A DNA stretch of 63,029 nucleotides, filler included, from Octopus bimaculoides (taxonomy: Eukaryota): NCBI RefSeq assembly GCF_001194135.2. It is 6 parts of 5 records of this genome, joined end to end, with 100 filler letters (N's around TTAATTAATTAA, not from the genome) between each part and the next. Parts side by side here need not be neighbours in the genome. Positions count along the whole stretch, not along the records: positions 41,328 to 61,912 come from NC_068999.1; 5 more parts are not named here. One strand, written 5' to 3'. Positions within the stretch are counted from its first letter, which is position 1; each line of letters starts with the position of its first letter. A model generated the notes under the pieces. That model was not told where the DNA came from. It saw nothing but the letters and a program-made list of their open reading frames with translations, and ran no database searches. The translations under genes and the position numbers were made by a program. Shown one piece after another: positions 48,144 through 61,636 of this stretch.

Positions 48144-48261
48144 GAAATAAGATTAAGATTAAGATTAATGTAATATAAAGCTGAAAAAAAAAAAAATTAA
48201 CACCAAATATACAGTGCGTGTGTTTTTATTGGCTAAACTGGCAATATGACCATCCCCAAGT

Positions 48262-48302
<41 letters not shown>

Positions 48303-48689
48303 AACACATATTCACTTGTCTATATAATTTTGCACATACTTCTGTACACACAAACAAACCCATATACATGTATCTATGTTGATATATACACATTCGTACG
48401 TATAATGATGCTATTAAAAATATATGCTTGCGTATGACTGCGTCTGGCCGAATGCTTTTGTATTTGTTTTTGAACATTTTCGTGCTGAAATATATTCGTA
48501 TGCATGCATAATGCAATTTTCTTCCATCCTCTTTCTGTCTTTGTGTTGCTCCAGTTCAACCCCTATCGAACACCTATGGTAATACTTTCGTCCCTCTGTG
48601 ACAATCCTCCCCTCCTTATTTTTTCATTTTTCTATTAATACTCCGAGGAGCTATGGTAAAGAACGAATCATGTTTCGATTAGGGAGAAA

Positions 48690-48830
48690 ATATTTAAGAA
48701 AAAGTGGAAGTGGATTGGTAGCACAATTAGAAAGGACACACCAAATGTAGTGAAAAGTGCTTTACAGTGGAATCCGGATTGATATAGAAATAGGGGTAGG
48801 CTTAAGAACTCGTGGTGTAGATCAACACCT
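48690..48830 (+). mobile_element. RTE-clade LINE 3' end fragment
   Basis: KKKWKWIGSTIRKDTPNVVKSALQWNPD*YRNRGRLKNSW matches the RW.W.GH.LR...AL.WNP.G.R.RGRPK.TW motif. Confidence 0.75.
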
Positions 48831-49460
48831 TTCGTTTTTCCGTCTTTCTTTTTTTTTTTAGTGGTGGTGGTGGGGAGGAGTTTGATGTTCTACAAAATGT
48901 AGCTCTGTATTTTGCGGAGAGTGTGTTGGAGGAATTGAGTATCACATCTTGTCAAATATAATGACATTTATCTTGTTAACAATGACTTACTTTCAACTAA
49001 AAGCACACGCTGTTACGATATTCTGAATTGCTATGTTTTGACAGATCTATAAAATATATTTTTTGACAGTTCTGTAGACCAGTAAAAAAAAAGCTAGTGT
49101 ATTATTCACAATTTTGAGTTTTGTACCAAAAAGCTAAAATTTCAACACGGAAATCTTATACTATACGGAATGGGGTTAACCAAGGTCGTACCGGATGTCA
49201 ATTCACACAGCTTTACAACGCAACTTGAAATATCAGATTTTTACCAATGTTACAATGTTATTGTTGTACCGCTGCTGGTGTTAAAATAAGTACCGTCTAA
49301 GCTTCAACATGTGGTTCAATAAGAAATTTTCAACATTCAAACTGAACTCTAATTTGCTCAATTGGTACGTCAGTTGTTCGAATTCAGAACACAAACAGAG
49401 GCGTATACCCTCTAGTAATATCTGTGTGCAAAAATATGTGTGTATGTACATTCAAGCATA

Positions 49461-49677
49461 TACTCCTTTACTTTTTCACTTGTTTCAATCATTTGACTGC
49501 GGCCATGCTGGAGTACCACCTTTAGTCGAGCACATCGCCCCCAGGACTTATTCTTTGTAAGCCTAGTACTTATTCTATCGTATTCCTTTTGCCGAACCGC
49601 TAAGTTACGGGGAGGTAAACACACCAGCATCGGTTGTCAAGCGAAGTTAGGGGGACAAACACNNNNNNNNNNNNNNN

Positions 49678-49716
<39 letters not shown>

Positions 49717-49850
49717 CGATGGGCTTCTTTCAGTTTCCGTCTTTGAAATCTACTCACAAGGCTTTGGTCGGCCCGAGTCTATAGTAGAAGATACTTGGTC
49801 AAGGTGCCACGCAGTGGGACTGAACCCAGAACCATGTGGTTGCTAAGCAA
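49461..49850 (-). mobile_element. SINE family C with a gap in its internal (CA)n
   Basis: Near-identical to 30311-30727. Confidence 0.92.
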
Positions 49851-50020
49851 ATTATATATGTATGTAGCTGTCTCTGTTGACACTCCGAAATCTTTGGGCT
49901 AACCGTAATAGATCACTTGCCTAATAAAGTCCCATTGTCTACATTAGCAATAGGCCACTGGTCAACTTTAGTAGGCGCCTTATCTCGTAAAGTACTGTGG
50001 AATTAAAATCAGCAAATTAC

Positions 50021-50216
50021 TGGTTTCAAATTTTCGTACAAGACCAGCAATTGCGGGGTTGGGGGCTAGTCGATTACAGTGACCCCTATTCTCAACTGGT
50101 GCTCGTTTAATTGACACCGAGAGAATGAAAAGCAAAGTCGACACCGGCGGAATTTGAACTCACAACGTGAAGAGAGACAAAATGCCGCTAAGCAATTTTT
50201 CCCAGCTCACCGTCTT
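50021..50216 (-). mobile_element. SINE family A
   Basis: AAAGTCGACACCGGCGGAATTTGAACTCACAACGT...AAATGCCGCTAAGCA...CAGCTCACCGTCTT. Confidence 0.85.
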
Positions 50217-50782
50217 ACATCAGCAAATTATTAAAACCTTTGCTAGTGTTACACAATACCTTTGTTATTTACAATCATATATAACAAACAGTAGTTTTTT
50301 TAATGCTATAATATGCTATAGAACAAAGCAATAGATAAACACGGTGAGGCCAAGTAAAACTTAATTAAATAGAGTGGGTTGTTGAGAACGACTGTTTTCT
50401 TATACTATCTTACTGTGGAGAGAGAAAGAAAAATCAACAGAAACAATATCGATCTTTATTGAGATTATATCACCAATTGAGTAACTTTGCCTAACCTACA
50501 ACGGTGATATTCTCTCTCTATGTATATATATACGGAGCAATATAATTATGGTATTTACTGAATCAGATACATCGATTTGTGTAACTCATGAGAAATTTAT
50601 TTATCGAACTACTCATAAATGCGTCATCTATACAAATATGGTCTATCCGATTTAATAAACCCTTAATACATACGCACAAACACACATATTTATACCAAAT
50701 AGTACCATCAATCTGCTCTATTTCACAAATTGCACACGTAAGTATGTATAATTAAAAACTTATATTGTGTTTTCGTTCCATT

Positions 50783-50850
<68 letters not shown>

Positions 50851-51178
50851 NNNNNNNNNNNNNNNNNNNNNNNNNNNNNNNNNNNNNNNNNNNNNNNNNN
50901 NNNNNNNNNNNNNNNNNNNNNNNNNNNNNNNNNNNNNNNNNNNNNNNNNNNNNNNNNNNNNNNNNNNNNNNNNNNNNNNNNNNNNNNNNNNNNNNNNNNN
51001 NNNNNNNNNNNNNNNNNNNNNNNNNNNNNNNNNNNNNNNNNNNNNNNNNNNNNNNNNNNNNNNNNNNNNNNNNNNNNNNNNNNNNNNNNNNNNNNNNNNN
51101 NNNNNNNNNNNNNNNNNNNNNNNNNNNNNNNNNNNNNNNNNNNNNNNNNNNNNNNNNNNNNNNNNNNNNNNNNNNNNN

Positions 51179-51228
<50 letters not shown>

Positions 51229-51513
51229 GAAAAAAACTTGTGAATTTAGCGATCAAGCCTGGCGACTGGTTGGGGAAAAATGGTTTGACAGGAGAGGTAG
51301 AAAGAAGGGGAGATTGTAAAGTACTGTTGGGGAGTGCGTGTGTGTGCGTATGTGAGAATGTGTAAGTGTGTGTGTGGATACGGGTTAGTGACTTTGATGT
51401 GGGGATGTGGGTGTGGGGTGGAAGTGGGAGGTGTGGGAGTAGGTGAGTATGGGTGTGGGGTTTGGCTGGAGGGAAAACAGAAGATGGGTAGGAGTGAAGA
51501 GAAGAAGAAAGTG

Positions 51514-51795
51514 TCAGATGAAGAGAGGAGGAGAGTTGAGCCCATGTGGAAAGGAGCGAATAGAGAAGATTAATCCCTGTTCACGGCGAAGGCGGGAGTC
51601 CGGATGCCCCCTGTGCAAAGACAGTCCGAACACAGACAAGTGTCATAGTGAATGACCGGTAGAGCGGAAATGGCGCGAGACCGGGTGTCATTGCGGAGTC
51701 TGATGTCTCGGAGGTACTCCGCGAACTGGTCAGCCAATCGGCGTCCCGTTTGACCAATTTACACAGAAGGACAGAAAGAGCAGGAGGTGCAGTAA
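51514..51795 (-). mobile_element. Penelope-like GIY-YIG endonuclease remnant (second PLE family)
   Basis: YCTSCSFCPSV*IGQTGRRLADQFAEYLRDIR.../PVSRHFRSTGHSL*HLSVFGLSLHRG..DSRLRREQGLIFSIRSFPHGLN. Confidence 0.85.
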
Positions 51796-52069
51796 ATATA
51801 AGTATATATATATATTATTCAAAAGAATTCCAACTGTGTCTGTTTTTTATGTTTTATTTATATTCTTATAAAATTAATGTAGGATATAGAATATGGAATA
51901 TATAATATATATAGTAAAATGAAATGAAGTATTGAATGTCTTATTGAGTAAATGAAATATTGAATATTAAATATTAAAGGACTAGTATACTTTCCTGCTT
52001 TCCAGCAGTCTTCAAGGTCCCATGTGACAGAAATGTTTCAACTGTAGTTGACAGCCTGCCTTTTGTCAC

Positions 52070-52197
<128 letters not shown>

Positions 52198-53042
52198 TTC
52201 CAGTATTTTTGATGGCGTTCAATGAACGTTCATCAGTTGAAAGTGAGCTAGCAACAGTTTCATTGCGTTTCGTTACTTCTAATTTATACATGCAGCGATG
52301 GCTACAATCTACAGGCTTGATCTGTAGTACGACACAGCTTCAGAAATGAACACAGCTAATGTGTCAGGAATTTGTTATTTTGTTCTGTTTTTCATTCCGC
52401 TAAAGCATGATAAAATTTTAAATACTCCAACCATTACAGAACACAATTACATCAATAATACACAGTAGATATGCTGAACGGGCGAGAAGCAACAACTGCG
52501 ATTCTCATGTGTATAGCAGATTACACTTACTAATTATGTTGTTAATTACTTGCGCTTTACGAAATTGCATTAATAGAAATAATTAATATCATGCATTTTT
52601 CATAATAACAATCAACAGATTAGATAATTTAGTTGGTTGTGCAATAAATTAAAAGCTGTTATATTATTTCTTAATGCTTTTCAAAACTTCAAAGATACAT
52701 TTAAACAACGTTCATGTCCGGTTTTACACTCATTAGCTGAAAGAGATGTGAAACTCTAGTAGACTGTTATATAGAAAACAAACAGATGACTCGATGGGAT
52801 TAACTGTTGGCCAAAACATAACTGCCGATCACACCACAACAGGAAACTTGTTTACAGCTGTCAGTTACATAGTGCGTAGTTAAAAGCTAGAGAGACTACG
52901 TTGCCAAAAGTGAAATCGTCGTTGATGCTCGCGATGATCTGGTTTACTCAAAGGTTTAACCTCTATCAAGAAAAGCTATGATCAAATGCATTGCAGTCTT
53001 GATCATTACATCTTTCTTTTCTCCCTGCATAATAGAACTAGG

Positions 53043-53264
53043 GTGGAGGCGCAATGGCCCAGTGGTTAGGGCAGCGGACACGCGGTCATAGGATCGCGGT
53101 TTCGATTCCCAGACCGGGCGTTGTGAGTGTTTATTGAGTGAAAACACCTAAAGCACCACGAAGCTCCCGCAGGGGAAGGTGGCGAACCCTGCTGTACTCT
53201 TTCACCACAACTTTCTCTCACTCTTACTTCCTGTTTCTGTTGTGCCTGTAATTCAACGCTGAAT
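53043..53264 (+). mobile_element. SINE family B, 3'-truncated
   Basis: Head identical to the 10151 copy. It breaks off after CCTGTAATTCAA-CGCTGAAT. Confidence 0.9.
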
Positions 53265-53783
53265 AAAACGTGTGATGCTCTAATCTGGAGAAGTAAGCTG
53301 CTAAGAAACTCAGCAGAGCAAATGCAATATCCGCAAGCTTCAAGAGCATCATAAATGACTGAAAATAGACATCGATGAACCCAGGAATGGAAGCAATGCC
53401 ACTTACGATCTAAGATTATCTTTGATAGAGATTAGTCTCATCATAATTAATTAGCGCTCTTAGGGATACAACAGAAGATTCAGAAAAGTATACAGAAAAT
53501 TCGCGTTGCGGAAACATGCTGCTTCTAAAATGATAGTCGCTAACTGATCTACTCGCAAAACTACAAACACGTCATGTACGCTGTGGTTACTTTTCGCAAA
53601 TAGAATGCGAATGCGTGTACATCTGCATGTGTGTATGCATGTGTATGTGAGCAGTATAAGCCTCTGCGATTTGCCCCTCATTTGTCCACCAATACAGCTA
53701 CATGTTAATGATTATGTATAACTAATAGCAATCAACACACACACACACGTAAGTATATACATATATACACGCACACACATACA

Positions 53784-53858
<75 letters not shown>

Positions 53859-53888
53859 AAAATCTATCTAACTGTTCATCCATCCATC

Positions 53889-53948
<60 letters not shown>

Positions 53949-55372
53949 GGCACATACCAGAAACAACGACTGCTTCGTTTCACTGGCACGATATGCCGAG
54001 TTAGGTCTCACTGTACGGCATCTTGGCCAATCCTGGAGCTTCATCAATGCTTTATAATTAAAAGATATTAGGCAGAAACTCAACGGAAGCCTCTCGTATG
54101 TATATGCATGTACATATATGTGTATCCGGGGAAGGAGGGCTTCATGATGGTGGGTGTGTACATATGTTTGCATGTGTACACACATGTTGCTCCCCCATGT
54201 CCCGTAACGAAGCCGCTGGCCAGATGGAGTGCGATGAAATAAATACTACACTCAGACTGACAAACAATGTCTGGGTCCATTATGATCAACAAAAACCTAG
54301 AATGGCGATGGCACAATATGATTACAATACAATGAGTTGAAAACCGGAAAACAATGCAAGAACATACAGGCAAGCCATTTAAAATGGATTCCCTTACTAA
54401 TTGAGAAAAACAAGACAATAAACAGAGAGTGGTTTTAATATCTTTCACGTTTTATGGATAATCTGTCGTCTGCCTGAAAGATAGGATATTAGCGGAAGAA
54501 ACATGATTCATCGTTAATTGAAAGGAAAATGTCCTCGTGGACAATACACTCGTACAGAGACACATATGAATGTAGTAGACTCGTGTATAACCATGCTAAT
54601 ATAAAATCACACCCATACACTGTAACAACAAACACACATCCACACACACACACACACATACAAACTCACACAAAATTGCAAACATATACATACAAAGTTA
54701 TATACAAGTAGAGATACATGCACACATAAATATGAACATATAAAGACACATAAGTACGCATGCACATGTACAACCTTTCATTATGACATACATAGGAAAT
54801 AATATATATACATATACACATATAAACCAATATATATACACATACAAATCAATATATATATATATATATATATANNNNNNNNNNNNNNNNNNNNNNNNNN
54901 NNNNNNNNNNNNNNNNNNNNNNNNNNNNNNNNNNNNNNNNNNNNNNNNNNNNNNNNNNNNNNNNNNNNNNNNNNNNNNNNNNNNNNNNNNNNNNNNNNNN
55001 NNNNNNNNNNNNNNNNNNNNNNNNNNNNNNNNNNNNNNNNNNNNNNNNNNNNNNNNNNNNNNNNNNNNNNNNNNNNNNNNNNNNNNNNNNNNNNNNNNNN
55101 NNNNNNNNNNNNNNNNNNNNNNNNNNNNNNNNNNNNNNNNNNNNNNNNNNNNNNNNNNNNNNNNNNNNNNNNNNNNNNNNNNNNNNNNNNNNNNNNNNNN
55201 NNNNNNNNNNNNNNNNNNNNNNNNNNNNNNNNNNNNNNNNNNNNNNNNNNNNNNNNNNNNNNNNNNNNNNNNNNNNNNNNNNNNNNNNNNNNNNNNNNNN
55301 NNNNNNNNNNNNNNNNNNNNNNNNNNNNNNNNNNNNNNNNNNNNNNNNNNNNNNNNNNNNNNNNNNNNNNNN

Positions 55373-55424
<52 letters not shown>

Positions 55425-55911
55425 ATATATCTAAATCTATAGTAACATGCATGTCCTAAATCGACAAATATACCTACACATACATCTACACACACTCACT
55501 CACAGATACACAGACACACACATACATATACACGCCAGTGTTTGTGTGCATGTTTACACATACTTGTGTGATATGTGTATGCACCTGTTTGCCTCGATGT
55601 ATACGCATGTGCCTTCGTATACGCAATCATAGCATATGGCGTTGCTGAAATACAAGTGAGGTTCCGAAACATTTTCTCATCGCATTTTATATTGTTTCAT
55701 GTTACGCTAAAAGCATTTTTAATGAGATTCCAGCAATCCGCCATTTCTTTATGCTACCGTCATATAGCTGCCATGTTTTAATGGCCGCTATAGTTTTATG
55801 GGAGACAATCAGCTGCACTTGCTGTTCGGTTTTATCGTTTTCTACTCTGAAGTCTATAGCTAATATCTCCTGACCCTGGACAACAGTATATATATATAAA
55901 TATAAATATAT

Positions 55912-55944
<33 letters not shown>

Positions 55945-56523
55945 NNNNNNNNNNNNNNNNNNNNNNNNNNNNNNNNNNNNNNNNNNNNNNNNNNNNNNNN
56001 NNNNNNNNNNNNNNNNNNNNNNNNNNNNNNNNNNNNNNNNNNNNNNNNNNNNNNNNNNNNNNNNNNNNNNNNNNNNNNNNNNNNNNNNNNNNNNNNNNNN
56101 NNNNNNNNNNNNNNNNNNNNNNNNNNNNNNNNNNNNNNNNNNNNNNNNNNNNNNNNNNNNNNNNNNNNNNNNNNNNNNNNNNNNNNNNNNNNNNNNNNNN
56201 NNNNNNNNNNNNNNNNNNNNNNNNNNNNNNNNNNNNNNNNNNNNNNNNNNNNNNNNNNNNNNNNNNNNNNNNNNNNNNNNNNNNNNNNNNNNNNNNNNNN
56301 NNNNNNNNNNNNNNNNNNNNNNNNNNNNNNNNNNNNNNNNNNNNNNNNNNNNNNNNNNNNNNNNNNNNNNNNNNNNNNNNNNNNNNNNNNNNNNNNNNNN
56401 NNNNNNNNNNNNNNNNNNNNNNNNNNNNNNNNNNNNNNNNNNNNNNNNNNNNNNNNNNNNNNNNNNNNNNNNNNNNNNNNNNNNNNNNNNNNNNNNNNNN
56501 NNNNNNNNNNNNNNNNNNNNNNN

Positions 56524-56569
<46 letters not shown>

Positions 56570-57044
56570 GATGTTTGTGTGTGTGCCCGCCTATATATGC
56601 AAGATTGTAAGCATGTATGTATTTATGCATGTGTGTATGCATGAAATTACGTATTTATTTTAGGTTAATCTTGAGGGCTACTGGTACCACGCACTTCAGC
56701 TAGACTTGTTGCTTGGCTAAAGTAGACTTCTGACTTCGTCGTCGTCGATTAAACCAACAGCCCCATCAAGTTTAATAGCTACGAATGTGACTGCTACGAA
56801 ATTCAGCAGAGCAAATACAAATGCTTGCATATCGACGGATGAACCTTGTGTATTTTGAAAAACTATCGCAACAGATTCCAAGTGATGACGGTACACTCGC
56901 CAAATTACATGTTTGACGTTTACTGCAAGAGTGAATATGGCTTTGCGAATATGTATAGGCTAATTCATAGTATGGTATGGTAATCTGTTACTCTTCAGAG
57001 TTAGTTGGTAAGATATCTAGATAGGGGAAAACTAAGGAAAAAAT

Positions 57045-57192
57045 AAGCTTTATTGCAAATTCTTCAACTGATAATGCAGGATTTTCTTCAAGTAATGCCC
57101 CAAGGAGCTTATCATCAAACTCAACTGGACGTGCTGTTCGATCTTCATCTTCAAGGCTAAAATCTCCACTTCTGAATTTTGCAAACCATCTT
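57045..57192 (-). mobile_element. Mariner transposase N-terminal fragment
   Basis: RWFAKFRSGDFSLEDEDRTARPVEFDDKLLGALLEENPALSVEEFAIKL. Confidence 0.85.
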
Positions 57193-57224
57193 TTGTTATC
57201 GTTATTATTATTACTATTATTATT

Positions 57225-57255
<31 letters not shown>

Positions 57256-57472
57256 NNNNNNNNNNATTATAATAATAATAATAATTATTATTATTATTAT
57301 TAGTAGTAGTAGTAGTAGTGAGGAGGCTAGGAGATATGCATTCAATATGTAATGTGAAAGTGCATACATTTCCATGTATATGTTTATTGATAAATTGTTA
57401 ACCAGAATGGATTGAGTTTGACAACGTAAGGTGACTGCATATGAAAGGGAGAAAAATTGAGAAAGAAATAGA

Positions 57473-57562
<90 letters not shown>

Positions 57563-58158
57563 AAGAGGGAAATAGAGACGGTAGGAGAGCGTCAGTGAGA
57601 GAGCCACTCATTAACAACACTCAGCCAACCAATCAGACCGTGATTGATTCCGCGCCAAATCTCTATCGAAATTGATTTCAATAAAGACCGAATGATTTAG
57701 GCATGAAGAATGAAATCAAATGAGATTCTGTGGCTGATATGCTTATCTTGGAAATATCGATTGCTTATTGTAGCACAAAGCCTTAATCTGGAAGAGTCAA
57801 TTATAAGTACTTGTATTTTATTCAATCGAACCCGGGAAGTACGTGAAAGAAAAGAGAGTTCTGTAGAGAGATTTGAACTCTTATTGCACGTAAGCAACCG
57901 GAACAAATATTGCAAGGCATTTTATGTGATGCTCTAATGATTCTGCCAATGTAGAAATGTGAACGTCATACTTCATGCGGAAGTCATTAGAACCGGAAGA
58001 CTGTATCTTGTTTCTGGGATTACGTCATCTGAGCGTTCATAATATCCGACGTTGTTAATTACGGACCAACGCTGTTTAACCTCTATAACTAAAACTGTAT
58101 TACATAAAGGCGTATAAATGTAATGTTTTGACAAAGATATATCAGTATCTCGCAGCAA

Positions 58159-58440
58159 AGGCGTGTGGCCTAGGGGTTAGGGTATAAGGATCATGTCCGT
58201 TGGTGCCAGCGTTCGATTCTCGAACTGAACTGCGTATTTATGAGATTGATCAACACACTTTCTTTTTTGCCGCTCCAGTATACACTAATGAAATTCAGTG
58301 TCGGTGATACCTTGGGGTTATAGTTACCGGCACTTCATCGTTTACAACGATGAGGGTCCTAGTTGATCCGATCAACGGAACAGCCTTTTCGTGATATTAA
58401 TGTGAGTGGCTGAGCACGCCATAGACACGCGTACCTTTAA
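58159..58440. mobile_element. Degenerate SINE head (+) followed by the SINE family B 3' end (-)
   Basis: AGGCGTGTGGCCTAGGGGTTAGGG...GTTCGATTC, then GTTGATCCGATCAACGGAACAGCC...GGCTGAGCACGCCATAGACACGCGTACC. Confidence 0.65.
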
Positions 58441-58490
58441 CTCTAGCATTTAAACTGGCCAAACACACACACACACGCACACACACACGC

Positions 58491-58531
<41 letters not shown>

Positions 58532-58534
<3 letters not shown>

Positions 58535-58686
58535 TGGACTTTTTTCAGTTTCCATCTACCAAATCCATTCACAAGACTTTAGTCGGCCTGAGGCTATTGT
58601 AGAAGACACTTACTCATGGTGTCATGTAGTGGCACTGAACCAGGAGCCTTGTGGTTGGGAAGAAAGCTTCTTAACACACAGCCATG
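58532..58686 (-). mobile_element. SINE family C, 5' half
   Basis: TTTCAGTTTCCATCTACCAAATCCATTCACAAG...ACCACACAGCC-type head. Confidence 0.85.
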
Positions 58687-59581
58687 TGTTGGCGAAAATA
58701 TAAATGGTGATCCCTTTAACCTAACGTGATGACATTATTAGTTATAAAAACGTAACTAAATGGTGACCACTGATGAAAGGAATTAAGTTCACCACAGATC
58801 TGAACCAGCATTCAAGTTTTATTTCCCAGTTTACACTATTTCTCTCTACCTAGGTCATTTTTTAGCTTCGTGTTGCGTAATCTCCGTAATTTCTAAAATT
58901 TCTGTTCATGTATTTATCTGCGGCAAGTGTAAGGAATCAATATTGATTCGATCCAAAATATGGCTGTTATTTACAGTAAAAAAAAAAGAGAAAAGAAAAA
59001 TGCTCTAAAACTTAGCAAACAGAATATACATAATATTTTCTTTCTCTTCTCTTACCACGTGGCGCCATTTCATGAGGAAATACGTAACCAAATAGGAAGC
59101 TTAATAATTCCATATTGAACAGCAGCAAAACCAATTAGGATGGTCATTAACAAAGTTAGCACCTAGATAGACACTCGTCGTCTAGCCTGCCGGGCAGCTA
59201 GCTGCTTAGAAAGCAACAACAAAACAACCACAACTTAAATAGTCTACTCTTACTATTCTCCCTACACCACGACAACCCCGACTTTTACCTACTAGACAGG
59301 CCAATTGGCTTGATTATGTAAGCAGTGAAGCTTTGCCGATATATTACCATCAGGAAATCAACTATTTAACATCCACTCAACCAAAACAAAACGTACCTAC
59401 CATGTGTCAGCCAGATGCCTCTATTCAGTCTCCTATACCTGACGCATCTGTATTTTAATCAGGAACCACATGTAGTCTACTGTCCATTAACTATTAACTA
59501 TAAAGTCTTCTTGCAGAAGCTATCCCTGGGAAATTTTCCAAAGCTATTATTTTAAATTGCCAAATCAGTGGATAATTTTCA

Positions 59582-59632
<51 letters not shown>

Positions 59633-60278
59633 CTAAGCAAGGCAATATCCTCTCGAAGTAAATCTAAGGAGTGAAAAACAAATGTTAAGCTACGTTTCGC
59701 TAAAGACATTTAATAAGATCGAAACATTCCCGAAGCTATCTTTTCCTCATAGTTTTCCTCCTTGGCATGCATTTATTCAATTTCTATTCAATTTGAAATT
59801 TTGAGTCTTTTCTTTTAAAACCGTTTTTTGACAAACATTAACTTTGACATTAGTGACATCTTCCAATTAGCGTTCTAATTTCCGTTGGATGAAATACATA
59901 GTTTGGCTTACTGCATTGACTATGTTATTCCGCATTAAATTACTCTCTATCACTTAGTTTTGGTCTAGAATAACCCCTTAGAAAGAAACAGCATGGGACT
60001 TAAATGTAAAAGTGTCAAGAGAAGTATATAAATGCTGCTTAATTCAAATACATTATCTTGAATTTCAAGCTTGTATGATAAATTGTTGTCCTTCCTAGAT
60101 GTGTAGATGTTAAAATGACTTCATGACTTGATCAACCTAACTAAAAGAAAACTACTTCTAGTGTTTTAACACACACACACACACACACACACAACACGCA
60201 CGCATATTTACATACCATAGATACGCAGTCGGTTTCCTTATAAGTGGGTCCGATACCTTCAATAGAACATCATACATG

Positions 60279-60323
<45 letters not shown>

Positions 60324-60414
60324 NNNNNNNNNNNNNNNNNNNNNNNNNNNNNNNNNNNNNNNNNNNNNNNNNNNNNNNNNNNNNNNNNNNNNNNNNNNNN
60401 NNNNNNNNNNNNNN

Positions 60415-60582
60415 ATATACGACGGGCTTCTTTCACTTTCCGTCTACCAAATCCACTCACAAGGCTTTGGTCGGCCCGAGGTTACTATGGAAGACACTTG
60501 CCCAAGGTGCCCCGTAGTAGGACTGAACATGGAACCATGTGGTTCGTATGCAAGCTACTTACTATACACCCACTCCTACGCC

Positions 60583-60584
<2 letters not shown>
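60415..60584 (-). mobile_element. SINE family C, 5' half (internal microsatellite and gap to the left)
   Basis: ATACGACGGGCTTCTTTCA...GCCCAAGGTGCC...CACTCCTACGCCTA. Confidence 0.9.
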
Positions 60585-60621
<37 letters not shown>

Positions 60622-61636
60622 TTGCTTGTACGTATGCATATGCGTAGGCACAGACCTAGACCCATAAGAGTAAGGACGAGACATAAATCTTCGGGTATAC
60701 AAGAGAGAATAAACAGTATTTATCTTGCAGCGAACCTATGTTACACCCGTACCCCTACACCCCAACACACATACACACACACACACACACACACTGACTC
60801 ACACACACACACAGAGGGAAAGTACACACAATAACATGACCACTCACACTCTTTCATAACGTTTGGAATATGAACACCGAAGATTACAACAGGTCAAAGA
60901 CAACGGACTATAAAAATCAATTTGCACTGAAATGAAACACTCAACGTAAACGTTTGCTAAAATGAAAAAAACACATTAATTCGACACCTCGTCTTCCTCA
61001 AACAACAGAACAAATTGGTTTTCCTAAAAACCCGTGAATCGATCTAGTTTATTGTTTATTTAGTTCATTGTGTAAGATATGTATATACATATATTCACAT
61101 ATAGCATTCAATTATATGATAACATTCAGATATATAATATCAAATACAATAAATCTATAAGTATATTTTCAAAACTTAATTGAAAAGTAGGAATATAATG
61201 TATTGGGTGTGTCCGTATACACATACATATATATACATATATATATCATTAGATATATACGACTATGCCGTTCTGTCAGTTTGTGTATTCATTTATAAGT
61301 ATGACTATCTCTGCCTTTATGTATAGATCAATTTATCTGTCGATATATATATATTTATCTGTCTCTCACCCTTTAGTTATCTTGCTATACACACACACAT
61401 ATACATGTATATATTTAACAGATATGAAAATAAATTTCGAACGCAGTAAAGCAGCGAAAACACCAGAAAGACTGGGTATTTTACCCTTAAAACATAGAAA
61501 GAAGTTGTCAGCAGAAGGTTACGAGACTCGAACCCATACTCATAAGATACTGGCTGAGTACTCTACAACTAAGCTAAACAGACCGCTGACAACAATCACC
61601 GTCAGATTAAATGCTAAATAATTCGTTCCGCTGGAA

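Noticed and set aside
52215-52245. CTGATGAACGTTCATTGAACG on the minus strand
   Set aside because: A hairpin follows the core, but there is no GAAA or cleavage triplet.
55702-55890. Protein-looking ORF VVQGQEILAIDFRVENDK...
   Set aside because: No splice signals or family motif. The similarity to the mariner at 57.1 kb is short and may be chance.
58765-58810. GACCACTGATGAAAGG, same 5' context as the 48.1-kb hammerhead
   Set aside because: No GAAA or closing stems downstream.
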